Of a DNA stretch of 64,000 nt, positions 1-8,236 are shown one piece after another; positions within the stretch are counted from its first letter, which is position 1, and each line of letters starts with the position of its first letter. Position numbers and translations under genes: made by a program. This DNA is from an uncultured Lentisphaerales bacterium (GTDB lineage: Bacteria > Verrucomicrobiota > Lentisphaeria > JABSQK01 > UBA12247), in contig CALSSJ010000020.1 of NCBI GenBank assembly GCA_943788985.1, forward strand, positions 1 to 64,000, in the 5' to 3' direction. Below the pieces are notes generated by a model. It saw only the letters and a program-made list of their open reading frames with translations. It was not told the DNA's origin and ran no database searches.

Positions 1-159
1 ACGATGTAAGTCCAAAGCGAGCCAACGACTGCACCCAATAGAACCGCACCGATAACGGCGCACCGATGACGGCAGATTTCGGAAACCCACGCGGAACTGC
101 CTCGACGAGATCCCGGTGGCTCTCCGGCATCAATTCCTGAAGATCGGTGTTTTTTTCAT
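1..159 (-). CDS. Integron cassette 10, partial: membrane protein running off the window edge; appears frameshifted
   Basis: ATG at 159, just inside the core site GTTCGGC (minus strand, 174-180). A hydrophobic stretch AVIGAVLLGAVVGSLWTYI is read after frame changes at an A-run and a short tandem duplication. Confidence 0.45.
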
Positions 160-173
160 AGTCTGATTTCTCT

Positions 174-220
174 GCCGAACGTCCGAGGTGTGGCTAGTCC
201 GCTGTTATGCTTTGTTAGCT
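174..220 (-). mobile_element. attC site, short/degenerate (47 bp)
   Basis: GCCGAAC (174-180) ... GTTAGCT (214-220) lies between two cassette ORFs, but the internal L boxes do not pair. Confidence 0.55.
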
Positions 221-247
221 AAGATTACAGACAAAAACAATACCGAG

Positions 248-907
248 TTATCGATCAACAATAAAGCACCCATCTTGGGAAATGGTGTTCTCATTCCAAT
301 CAATTCGATGCGCATACTCATAATCTAGGCCATAGTCCTGTGTACGAATGAAAATCACTGTAGCTGGGGTCATCGTTTCGCACTTAGCCTCTTCCATGAA
401 GTAGGTTTTTTGGTAATCAGCTGATCTCCATTCATATAGCTTAATCCTCCCGTCTTGATACCTTCCTAGTTTTCGTTCCCTAGTAACTCTGAGAGTGAGA
501 TCAGTTCCATTTATCTCTTTCCGCTCTTCTCCCTCACGCCATGGAGGTGTATATAAAAACGATGAGGTTTCACATTCAACAATACTAGCCTCAACAAGTT
601 TTCCGTAGTCGGAGATGTAATAGTATTTTGTGTGGATATGAAAAGAAAATGCCAACAAAACGAGAACCCCCAAAAAACACCATGCGTACCTCATTGGCAC
701 TTTAATCAGTATTACTATAGCACCAGACATTGCGCCAATAATGAGACCTACAAGGCCCCAAAAGATAGCGCCTAATAGCCAAAGATTCGATCCTTCCGCT
801 AGCCCAATAACTGCAGTCCATAAAAAACCCGCCACACAGCACGAAAAAGACCAGACAGTAAAATTAAATTTTTTAGGGGATGTAGGTAGTGGTGGTGGCG
901 TATTCAT
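248..907 (-). CDS. Integron cassette 9: hypothetical membrane protein (3 N-terminal TM segments plus a soluble domain)
   Basis: 219-aa AT-rich ORF bounded by attC sites. Confidence 0.75.
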   Translation of the reverse strand: MNTPPPLPTSPKKFNFTVWSFSCCVAGFLWTAVIGLAEGSNLWLLGAIFWGLVGLIIGAMSGAIVILIKVPMRYAWCFLGVLVLLAFSFHIHTKYYYISDYGKLVEASIVECETSSFLYTPPWREGEERKEINGTDLTLRVTRERKLGRYQDGRIKLYEWRSADYQKTYFMEEAKCETMTPATVIFIRTQDYGLDYEYAHRIDWNENTISQDGCFIVDR

Positions 908-919
908 AGCTGTATTGGG

Positions 920-979
920 TCCGAACGTCTGCGTTCACGCGCGCGGTATACCGCGTCGCTGTGCAACGCTTTGTTGGAT
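920..979 (-). mobile_element. attC site (60 bp)
   Basis: TCCGAAC...GTTGGAT; arms GCGTT-CAC / GTGCAACGC pair with one extrahelical base; central CGCGG-TATA-CCGCG hairpin. Confidence 0.92.
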
Positions 980-985
980 TCTCTT

Positions 986-2641
986 TCATTTTAGCTTGCC
1001 TGTTATTCTTGAGAGAGAAGGGGAATCAGCGATCTTTTTCCCGTCGGCAAGTAGTGTCAGTCCTTTACCTTTATTGTATTTCTCACCGGCCTTATCCCAG
1101 ATGATTGTCAGGATGCGGCCGTGATACAGAACATTATCCAGACAGAAGTAGTCCCACGTTTTGTCGGGGAGTAAAGGGTTCACTTCAACCACATCGTCAG
1201 ACCGTGGCCGTAGCCCGACAAGCCCTGTGATAATCAAGTCATTATATGAAGAGTGATTATAGTCCTTGCCGCGGTGGGGTCCGCCCTTGCGCGTAGCCAA
1301 ATCAGGATCGGTCTTGGCCCAGTCATGCAGGCGGGTACGAGCAATCCAGTCGCCGGTGTAGGGGTGAATGTTTTCATCGATCCATGGAACTACTTTGCCG
1401 TCTTTGCGCTTAAACTGATGGGAACGGGTGTAACACTTGAGGGTTTCGAAGTAGGCGTCCTTGCCGATGACGTCCTGCTGGTAGTTGTTGAGAAGGTTGG
1501 CGAGGGCGGTGAGGGTTGAACAGGTGGCAAGCGGCCAACTTGGGCCGTTCCATTGGCACTCGTGGCCCTCGTAGGAGAGCCTGAAATGCGGGTGGCGCTG
1601 CTCGGCGAAGGTGGGGCCGAATTTGGCGTAGAATCCCTCGGGATTCATCAGCTCCTTCCAGCCCGCCTCGTAGCCGGGGTCAGGCAGGTTGAAGTACCAT
1701 GGGGTGTAGCCGTAAAGTTCGCGCACGTCCTTAAGAGCTTCGTTTCTGGACGGGAGGTCCTTGCGATGAGGAGCAGAGAGAATTTTGAAGAACTTGGCCT
1801 CAGGATCCCAGAGCTTCTCTTGAATGAGTTTTTTGAGCGTCGAGGCTTTTTGCTCGTATTCTGCCGCGATGTCATCTTTGCCCGCCATGCGCGCGATGCG
1901 GGAAATCGCCTTGGCGTCGCCATACATGAAGCTGTTGAGCGTCGGGCGGAAGCCGTGTTTGCCGATGGAGGCCTCGCCGCCGTCGCGGTCATCGATGGTG
2001 TAGAACAGGCCGTTTGGCCGCTGGCCGATGTGAACCTGATGTTTCTTGTTCCATGGTGGCCAGACCCAGCCCTTTTCCCATGCCTCGTAGTTGTCGATGA
2101 GGTCGGGTAGCAGGTCGATTAGAAAAGGATCATTTGGGGTGACTAGGTTCCGGTTGTAGTAGGCATCTGCGATCCAGAAGCTGTAAGAGCGAAGGCTGCC
2201 GCCTTTGCGCAGCCAGAAGATGGCGTAATCATCCATGACCTTGGGGTCGTGCAGCCAGCGGCCCTCGTAGAAGTGGTGGGCGGCGGGGCAACTAATGGTG
2301 TTGTGTTTGCCCGCCCAGCTGACCTTGGGCATGAATTCGGTAACCACATAGCCGTCCTCGGTTTTCTTGATGTGTTTACGGTAGGTCCACCAGCGGAAGT
2401 AGTAAGTGCGGCGGAAGTCTTCGTCCGGGCAGTCAAAGAGGGGGATGTTGTTTTTCAGGAACGCGTAGGCATCTTTGTTTTTGATGTTGGAGAACATCTC
2501 CTCGTCATCCGCGTTGAAGCGCTCGACATACTCTTCCAACTTAGCTGTTGTCAGAACAAATGCCTTTGTTTCGGTGGCAGGTGACCAGCCAGACGTTGTA
2601 ACCGACGCCACAATTAACGCGATGAGTTTGAGTGTGTTCAT
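986..2641 (-). CDS. Integron cassette 8: secreted (alpha/alpha)6 glycoside hydrolase, MGH1/GH63-like
   Basis: Signal peptide from M at 2641; motifs YYFRWWTYRKH, HHFYEGRW, DDRDGGE, VRELYGYTPWYF, CQWNGPSWP, DYNHSSY; flanked by matched cassette ends ATCCAAC/GTTGGAT. Confidence 0.8.
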   Translation of the reverse strand: MNTLKLIALIVASVTTSGWSPATETKAFVLTTAKLEEYVERFNADDEEMFSNIKNKDAYAFLKNNIPLFDCPDEDFRRTYYFRWWTYRKHIKKTEDGYVVTEFMPKVSWAGKHNTISCPAAHHFYEGRWLHDPKVMDDYAIFWLRKGGSLRSYSFWIADAYYNRNLVTPNDPFLIDLLPDLIDNYEAWEKGWVWPPWNKKHQVHIGQRPNGLFYTIDDRDGGEASIGKHGFRPTLNSFMYGDAKAISRIARMAGKDDIAAEYEQKASTLKKLIQEKLWDPEAKFFKILSAPHRKDLPSRNEALKDVRELYGYTPWYFNLPDPGYEAGWKELMNPEGFYAKFGPTFAEQRHPHFRLSYEGHECQWNGPSWPLATCSTLTALANLLNNYQQDVIGKDAYFETLKCYTRSHQFKRKDGKVVPWIDENIHPYTGDWIARTRLHDWAKTDPDLATRKGGPHRGKDYNHSSYNDLIITGLVGLRPRSDDVVEVNPLLPDKTWDYFCLDNVLYHGRILTIIWDKAGEKYNKGKGLTLLADGKKIADSPSLSRITGKLK

Positions 2642-2658
2642 GTGTAGCTCTTGTCTAA

Positions 2659-2767
2659 ATCCAACGTTAAGGGTGAGTTTCGCGGAAACCAACCATAACT
2701 ATTGCGCGTGCATTTGATTTCAAAATAACCGAGCGTTTTAAGCGTAAACTCTAACCTCTGGTTGGAA
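2659..2767 (-). mobile_element. attC site (109 bp)
   Basis: ATCCAAC...GTTGGAA; arms GGTGAGTTTCGC / GCGTAAACTCTAACC; abuts the stop codon of the next cassette gene. Confidence 0.88.
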
Positions 2768-2768
2768 A

Positions 2769-3350
2769 TTAGTATGTTATAAGCTTTAGATAGCAGAGAT
2801 CTGATTCTTCACTCACGAGTAAGCGAATACATTTTAGCTCAGTCTCTGATGAGTAGTATTCGTTTATTTTCATGCTTTCAGGTCTCCACCAATAGTAGTG
2901 AGCCCTCATCTGTGCCGTGACTGTATAGTCAGTCAGTTCTTTTGGGGTCAATGAAAGATCATTGATAATCTGACGTTGCACTTGTGGATCAGCATGAAAT
3001 CGAAATGATCCATCATAATCCAGCCAGGCTCGTGCTCTATAATACAGGTGGTCGACATCATAATCACCGATGCGATTGATAAAATGTTTCTGATGTGAAG
3101 TTCGGGGAGGAAGGTCATAGTAATCAAGGGGGGTTATGACGATAAGTATAGCTGTAATCCATGATGCTCTCTTAAAGCTTCTTCGATTAATGAGAAAAAG
3201 TAAAATGAGAGGAATGGAGCAATATACCGAGAAGTATAAAAGAGTCATATGCGGAGGGCTTCCAAAAAAGAAAACATGGGTTGCTCCATATGCAAGCACA
3301 AGTGAAATGACAAAGAGTGTATGAGCAATAATGGAAAAAAATCTACGCAT
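2769..3350 (-). CDS. Integron cassette 7: hypothetical membrane protein
   Basis: ORF with 3 hydrophobic segments. Start taken at MRRFF because the longer ORF runs into the attC. Confidence 0.75.
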   Translation of the reverse strand: MRRFFSIIAHTLFVISLVLAYGATHVFFFGSPPHMTLLYFSVYCSIPLILLFLINRRSFKRASWITAILIVITPLDYYDLPPRTSHQKHFINRIGDYDVDHLYYRARAWLDYDGSFRFHADPQVQRQIINDLSLTPKELTDYTVTAQMRAHYYWWRPESMKINEYYSSETELKCIRLLVSEESDLCYLKLITY

Positions 3351-3374
3351 TGTATTACTTCTATTTATCTCCGT

Positions 3375-3434
3375 TTCCAACGCCAAGGTGACTCACGCGA
3401 GGAACGAGCGTTGATGTCCACCGTCTTGTTCGCG
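3375..3434 (-). mobile_element. attC site (60 bp)
   Basis: TTCCAAC...GTTCGCG; arms GGTGACTCACGC / GCGTTGATGTCCACC. Confidence 0.88.
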
Positions 3435-3609
3435 AAACCATTTTATCACAGATGAACGAATCAAAGTGCAAGCTAGACTCACCCACCGCAGCTTCGCGAG
3501 ATGCAGGGTGTGTGACAAGGGCTGGAGGGCTCACCGCTTGCCCCTCGCCAAACAAGCATCGACCGATCACCGATATGCGGGCGGCGAGGGATTGCCCCTC
3601 TTTTTCTCT
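3435..3609 (-). other. Integron cassette 6: ORF-less cassette with stem-loops and a candidate promoter
   Basis: 175 bp between two attC sites; cassette ends GTTCGCG/CGCGAAC are perfectly complementary; no credible ORF is confined to it. Confidence 0.8.
3440..3471 (-). promoter_or_regulatory. Candidate sigma-70 promoter (extended -10 TGnTAAAAT, upstream TTGCAC) reading into the downstream cassettes
   Basis: Minus strand reads TTGCACtttgattcgttcatctgTGaTAAAAT. The -35 spacing is 20 bp, so the extended -10 is the main signal. Confidence 0.5.
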
Positions 3610-3671
3610 CGCGAACGTCTGGGCTTAGAGGCGCGAGGTAACGAGCGTCTCTCTCCAGCCCTTTGTTCGAC
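3610..3671 (-). mobile_element. attC site (62 bp)
   Basis: CGCGAAC...GTTCGAC; arms GGGCTTAGAGGCGC / GCGTCTCTCTCCAGCCC. Confidence 0.88.
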
Positions 3672-3679
3672 AAAATCGC

Positions 3680-4744
3680 TCACTCTTTCGAGAAGCTGAT
3701 TTCGTGAAATGGTATTGTGTATTCAACGCGTTGATTCCCACGAATATCCCATATTTCTGCCAACAGGTTGGGCCTGTGGCCCGATAACGTAATCGTAAGG
3801 AGCCCAAAGTGATTGTCCATGATGGGACCCTCGATCCGATTCCTGTTCGGCGTGGCAAACGTCCATGTCTGTGACAGTCCACTTGCTGTGATGTCGTACA
3901 GCGGATAGCAATCGTCATGCTCGAACTTTGAAATCTCTGCGTAGTGAACATCCCCGCTAAGGACGACAAGATGATTGGCTTGCGTTTTCTTGATGAGTTG
4001 AATGAGGCGTTCTTGCTCATGCGGAAAGTTCGCCCACGCCTCATAGCCGTTATAATCGATTCCGAACTGGGTGCCCGAAGCAAGAATTCGACAGTCCGCG
4101 GGTTGGCTCAGTTCGTCTTCCAGCCAGGCCCATTGCTCTTCACCCAGGAGTGTTGCTGATTGGTTCGTATGGGGCGCATAGTCCAAATGATAAAAGAATC
4201 GTTTGGGTCTGTTGGTCTGATCTGTTCTCTTGACGAGGTCATCCCTGAACGTGCGGCCGTCCAGCAGAATGATCTGTATCGTTTTCTCTCCTACGCTCCG
4301 ATAGACCGAGTGGTAGATACCTTCGTGCTGATACCGCTCTGAATCCTTGGGTTCTTCGAAGAAGTCCAGGAAGATCTTCTTGGACGCCTCCTTGTGCGGG
4401 TAATGCTTCCCTGCATCATTCTGCCCGTAATCGTGGTCGTCCCATGTCGCGAGAATGTCGGTGTGCCTTTTCAAGTTCAGATACGAGGGCTTGGTTCCCA
4501 GTTGCCGATACTTGTTACGGAGCACATCCATATCCATGGTGTCGCCATAGATGTTGTCTCCCAGAAAGAGAAACACGTTGGGTTGATGCTTTACGACTTC
4601 ATTAAGAATGGGAAGAGGATGTCCCTGATTCCCGCACGAGCCAAAGGCTATGGTGAAAGTAGTGGCTGGGTTGGGTTCGCTTTCACCAGATGCGCACTGG
4701 CAGATGAGAAAGAGAAGAGCAAGCAGTTGTCGTGTGATCTTCAT
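3680..4744 (-). CDS. phoD: Integron cassette 5: alkaline phosphatase D family metallophosphatase, secreted
   Basis: Motifs IAFGSC, FLGDNIYGD, TWDDHDYG, LLDGR, LLGEEQWAWL, LSGDVHYAE; N-terminal signal sequence. Confidence 0.88.
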   Translation of the reverse strand: MKITRQLLALLFLICQCASGESEPNPATTFTIAFGSCGNQGHPLPILNEVVKHQPNVFLFLGDNIYGDTMDMDVLRNKYRQLGTKPSYLNLKRHTDILATWDDHDYGQNDAGKHYPHKEASKKIFLDFFEEPKDSERYQHEGIYHSVYRSVGEKTIQIILLDGRTFRDDLVKRTDQTNRPKRFFYHLDYAPHTNQSATLLGEEQWAWLEDELSQPADCRILASGTQFGIDYNGYEAWANFPHEQERLIQLIKKTQANHLVVLSGDVHYAEISKFEHDDCYPLYDITASGLSQTWTFATPNRNRIEGPIMDNHFGLLTITLSGHRPNLLAEIWDIRGNQRVEYTIPFHEISFSKE

Positions 4745-4774
4745 ATATTCTGGATGTCTTTGGATTGATCTGTC

Positions 4775-4861
4775 GTCGAACGCTTAACATCACCGGAAAA
4801 ATAATGTTGCAGAGCGAAGCGGAGCATCTTTATTTTGTCCGAGTGCATGTTTTTGTTAGAC
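4775..4861 (-). mobile_element. attC site (87 bp)
   Basis: GTCGAAC...GTTAGAC; arms AACATCACCGGAAAAATAA / TTATTTTGTCCGAGTGCATGTT. Confidence 0.88.
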
Positions 4862-4864
4862 TTT

Positions 4865-5969
4865 TTAATATTGACTTTGTATTACTAGGCTGTTTGCCAT
4901 AAGCCTAAACAGTGGATCAAATTGAGATATTTTTGCTCTTAATTCTTCCTCTGTCTCATTTGGCATTTTCGTAACCTGACACTGCAAGAAAATCATGTAA
5001 CTCTTGTATATGGCGATATACATCCTATTATACATCGTAGTATTGAGATCTAACCGTTGTGCATCGCCTATAAAATCAAGCACCGCTCCTGGCCAACGAT
5101 CGATTACAACTCTTTCTGTATTTATACTTCTGACATTGCTCATACCCATTCCATTAGCCATCTCTATGAGGCTACTTTTTGAAAATACTTCCAATGCTAG
5201 TTCTTTACTTCCCTCTATTGTTTGAAGCGCATTAATCTCTTGGCGCGTTAATTCGCCTTGTGCTTCTTTTTACAAGATCTCGCGTCATTATCAACGCTCC
5301 AGCAGGTCCTCTTCCGTTGTTGCTACTAAAATACTTAATTACATTAGGCCTATTCCCTTCCCGTTTCGACCAACTTCTTGGATATTCAATTTGTAAATCT
5401 AGCCCCTTAGATTTAGGATGCCCTTCTGTCCGATAAATAGTCTTAAAACCACGCAACAACTCATTAACTGGGTTTTCTTTAAACTGATAGATCAAAAGAG
5501 TTTCAAGTATTGGTGAAGGTATTTCGCCTGCTGCTCTTAACTTTACTTCTTCAAGAAATTGAACTGCGATATCTTGGGTTATCTGCTGCGATTTAAGAGT
5601 ATCATCTAATTGTTTTCTCATTATTGAGATAAACTCAGAATATTTATCCTTAAATAAACCCTTCAACTCTTTTTCTATATTTTTCTCAGAAGTACCAAAA
5701 GAACTATTAAATTCAAGCTCTGCTATTTTTGCCTGCAATGACAGTGTTGGGTATTCAGCCTTTATTCGATTAAGGCTGAACCTTTGTCCCATGATGAAAC
5801 CTAATGTTTTGGTAAGGTCCACATGAATCGGTTCTTTAGAGGCCTTGCCAACAGCATTTTGTGAAAAGGCAATACTTAACAAAACAATGAAAATAGAGAA
5901 AAAAAGCTGATGTATGCTCTCCCTTTTGCTGGGATGGATTTTTTTTAGTTTTATCATGAAATCGCCCAT
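4865..5969 (-). CDS. Integron cassette 4, gene 2: hypothetical exported protein, split by one frameshift
   Basis: ORFs 5232-5969 and 4865-5194 join (...DLVKEAQGELTRQEINALQ...) when one base is removed from the T-run at 5267-5271. Confidence 0.7.
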
Positions 5970-5971
5970 TA

Positions 5972-6268
5972 TTAATCATTTACTTTTTGATGATTCCAGC
6001 GATTTTTTAAATAAATTCCATTAATTATCCATAGTAATGGATTAAGGCTTATTATCGTTGCGATCAGAAATGCATATTTATTAAATTTTAATATCATTAT
6101 CATTAAGACTGTATTTATTCCAATTAACACAACTGCTAAACCAACTAAATCACTGAGCGTACCAAGCATATACAGATTACCTAAAGTTAAACCTAGCCAT
6201 GCCCATATATTCCACCATTTAAAGCCAATATCTTGGCTATCATTTACTAATTTTTGATTTTCAGTCAT
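5972..6268 (-). CDS. Integron cassette 4, gene 1: small membrane protein
   Basis: 98 aa, three hydrophobic segments, RBS GAGGGA, very AT-rich; no attC between it and the next gene. Confidence 0.75.
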   Translation of the reverse strand: MTENQKLVNDSQDIGFKWWNIWAWLGLTLGNLYMLGTLSDLVGLAVVLIGINTVLMIMILKFNKYAFLIATIISLNPLLWIINGIYLKNRWNHQKVND

Positions 6269-6292
6269 TACTATTCCCTCTTATTTTGTGAA

Positions 6293-6417
6293 GTCGAACG
6301 TCCGAGTCATCCTACGCCTGACCGAGGGCGCGCTCTGACTTCTGTGTTGATGGTTGAATGGTCATGATGCTTTCGACTCGCGGCGGGTCAGGCGTTAGGA
6401 TCGACGTCTTGTTCGCC
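6293..6417 (-). mobile_element. attC site (125 bp)
   Basis: GTCGAAC...GTTCGCC; arms GTCATCCTACGCCTGACC / GGTCAGGCGTTAGGATCGAC. Confidence 0.9.
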
Positions 6418-6428
6418 TCGTTGGTTTC

Positions 6429-6995
6429 TTACCAGTTTTCAGCGTAATAAAGAACTTCGTTTCGTTGCAGGCTGACGACCATGCCTTTGCTTTCACCGTG
6501 GTTCCAGTCATGCCCCGACCCCTTCCGGTAAGGCTCCGCATGAAAGATGAAAATCCTGTAGTCGCCTGGAAACTCGTATGTGCCCTCGGTAAGAGTGTGT
6601 GGGTGGGTGCTCCACAATCCATCATCTTGCTCATTGACAAGGGTTACAGAGTTCCCTCCGTCCTGATGCTGCTTCGCATTTTTTGTCGCGTGTTTGTGGA
6701 GGCTCTTCACTTCCGCCTCAGGAAGCTCCATTCTGAGTTGAACATGGCCGCCTCCCTGAAGAAAACCCGGGGACGAAGAAAACCTCACGGTGCGAGCGCT
6801 CGGTGGCACCGAACTGGGGAAATGATCGACTAGTCCGCTAGCCTTCCAATCTGCCAACACGTCCTGATACTCATCTATGGAACCAATTGGCTCTAGCGCT
6901 TTGTTGAAGCTGTAGACCATCCACGCAAATCCCAAGACACCCACCAGCACCAGGGCTCCTAGAATTCCGCCGATCCACTTTAGAGCACGTTTCAT
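6429..6995 (-). CDS. Integron cassette 3: hypothetical membrane-anchored protein
   Basis: 188 aa, single N-terminal TM segment, bounded by attC sites. Confidence 0.8.
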   Translation of the reverse strand: MKRALKWIGGILGALVLVGVLGFAWMVYSFNKALEPIGSIDEYQDVLADWKASGLVDHFPSSVPPSARTVRFSSSPGFLQGGGHVQLRMELPEAEVKSLHKHATKNAKQHQDGGNSVTLVNEQDDGLWSTHPHTLTEGTYEFPGDYRIFIFHAEPYRKGSGHDWNHGESKGMVVSLQRNEVLYYAENW

Positions 6996-7001
6996 TTTTC
7001 T

Positions 7002-7058
7002 GCCGAACGGCTTGGTCAGGGGCTGAGGTACGAAGTCCCTTGCACCAAAATGTTAGGC
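7002..7058 (-). mobile_element. attC site (57 bp)
   Basis: GCCGAAC...GTTAGGC; arms TTGGTCAGGGGCT / AGTCCCTTGCACCAA. Confidence 0.9.
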
Positions 7059-7384
7059 TACTGCTGTGGAGAGCCAATGCACTGGTACTTAGCTATAACT
7101 CTCCAACGAACACAGTTACCATAGCCATCGTAGGCTTGGCATTCAGACGTGGTGCCGCCAAAAGCTTCCGCACTTTGATACCCCCAAGCTTTACATCGCT
7201 GTGTTGCGGTTACTAGCCCTTGATCCCACTGAACTTGAGGTTTCTCGAACGCGCCATATGTATAGGACAGTTCAACAACACCGTCTGCGCGGCTTCCTCC
7301 TGTAGCCTGTAGTGTTTTTACACTTGTGCACCCGGTTAACGTTGTGAACATAAATAGTAGGGCGAGTAATGGCTGTGTTTTCAT
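7058..7384 (-). CDS. Integron cassette 2: YecR-like lipoprotein
   Basis: Lipobox LTGC; TGGSRADGVVELSY, RCKAWGY, AEAFGG and terminal YQC are typical of the YecR family. Confidence 0.85.
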   Translation of the reverse strand: MKTQPLLALLFMFTTLTGCTSVKTLQATGGSRADGVVELSYTYGAFEKPQVQWDQGLVTATQRCKAWGYQSAEAFGGTTSECQAYDGYGNCVRWRVIAKYQCIGSPQQ

Positions 7385-7435
7385 TTTTAGCTCTCCTTTA
7401 GTTTTTTTTGAGATTGTTGAAGATTTTCAATTGCA

Positions 7436-7534
7436 GCCTAACGCCGGAGTCCAGCGGCATTTGATGCGCCGGCCGTTTTTGCGGCAGCAAAAATGGGTGA
7501 CGGGTCAAATGTCCGCTGCAACGATTGGTTAGGT
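7436..7534 (-). mobile_element. attC site (99 bp)
   Basis: GCCTAAC...GTTAGGT; arms CAGCGGCATTTGA / TCAAATGTCCGCTG. Confidence 0.92.
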
Positions 7535-7553
7535 AAACAACCACCTAAAGCAT

Positions 7554-8111
7554 TCATTTCATTCGTGTTACGTGGAATACATGACCCTTCAAGATCATTT
7601 TGCCCTCGGCCGGACAGAGCACCACTTCGGGGTAGTATTCGTACAGATAAAGGTATAGGTAGCTCGAATCTTTCCAGATGCTTCCATCTGCGAGCATGAT
7701 TAGTTCGCCGCCGTTACCGTTGAAGGGCGTTGGCTCCTGGATGTTGGTCTTGTAGCAGGTTTGTTCTGGAGCAGGCTTAGCCTTCGGCTCCGGTTTGCCT
7801 TGGCTAGATTTGGGTTTCGCGACATCAACGTTGCCCAAATGTTTTTCGATCGACCATTTGATCGGATCCTTGCCTTCGATGTGGATCGTCACCCACAGTG
7901 GCGAAATCTCCGCCAAGAAGGACTTCCCTTCAAACAACAGGGGAGAAAATTTGAGGGACCACTTTTCAAGCAGTAGCTGCTCGCCCTTCTCCGTAACGAT
8001 GATGATGTGGTCATCATCAATCTCCGTCTGCACAAAGACTCTTTGCACGTCAGCGTACGCTTGGCTCGCAAACAGGGCGAAAGTGACCAACAACATTCTT
8101 AAGGGTGCCAT
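7554..8111 (-). CDS. Integron cassette 1 (attI-proximal): secreted hypothetical protein with two small beta domains and a K/P-rich linker
   Basis: Signal peptide ending AYA; linker AKPKSSQGKPEPKAKPAP. Confidence 0.8.
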   Translation of the reverse strand: MAPLRMLLVTFALFASQAYADVQRVFVQTEIDDDHIIIVTEKGEQLLLEKWSLKFSPLLFEGKSFLAEISPLWVTIHIEGKDPIKWSIEKHLGNVDVAKPKSSQGKPEPKAKPAPEQTCYKTNIQEPTPFNGNGGELIMLADGSIWKDSSYLYLYLYEYYPEVVLCPAEGKMILKGHVFHVTRMK

Positions 8112-8122
8112 AGAGTTTGCCC

Positions 8123-8165
8123 TTGTTTACCTAACAGTTATTCTCCTGCATATGTATTAGCGAGA
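8123..8165 (-). mobile_element. attI site, crossover G^TT at 8135
   Basis: Minus-strand GTTAGGTAAACAA (8135-8123) is the 13-bp inverted match of 7528-7540; no attC-type palindrome upstream; adjacent to the 5' end of intI. Confidence 0.8.
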
Positions 8166-8193
8166 ATATGGCATCAAATTCTTAAAGCTGCAA
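8165..8193 (-). promoter_or_regulatory. Candidate cassette promoter Pc (TTGCAG-N17-CATATT)
   Basis: Correct spacing, points at attI; weak -10 match. Confidence 0.3.
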
Positions 8194-8219
8194 GCGGATT
8201 TGGCAAGAGTTGTTGATTT

Positions 8220-8236
8220 TTGGCACAGGAGTTGCA
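8220..8236 (+). promoter_or_regulatory. Candidate sigma-54 (-24/-12) promoter for intI
   Basis: TTGGCACAGGAGTTGCA = TGGCAC-N5-TTGCA with GG-N10-GC spacing, 50-75 bp upstream of the possible intI starts. Confidence 0.65.

Noticed and set aside
3361..3699. Small ORFs 3361-3570, 3466-3699 and 3479-3673 as cassette genes
   Set aside because: All run through attC sites, lack an RBS and have no protein-like features.
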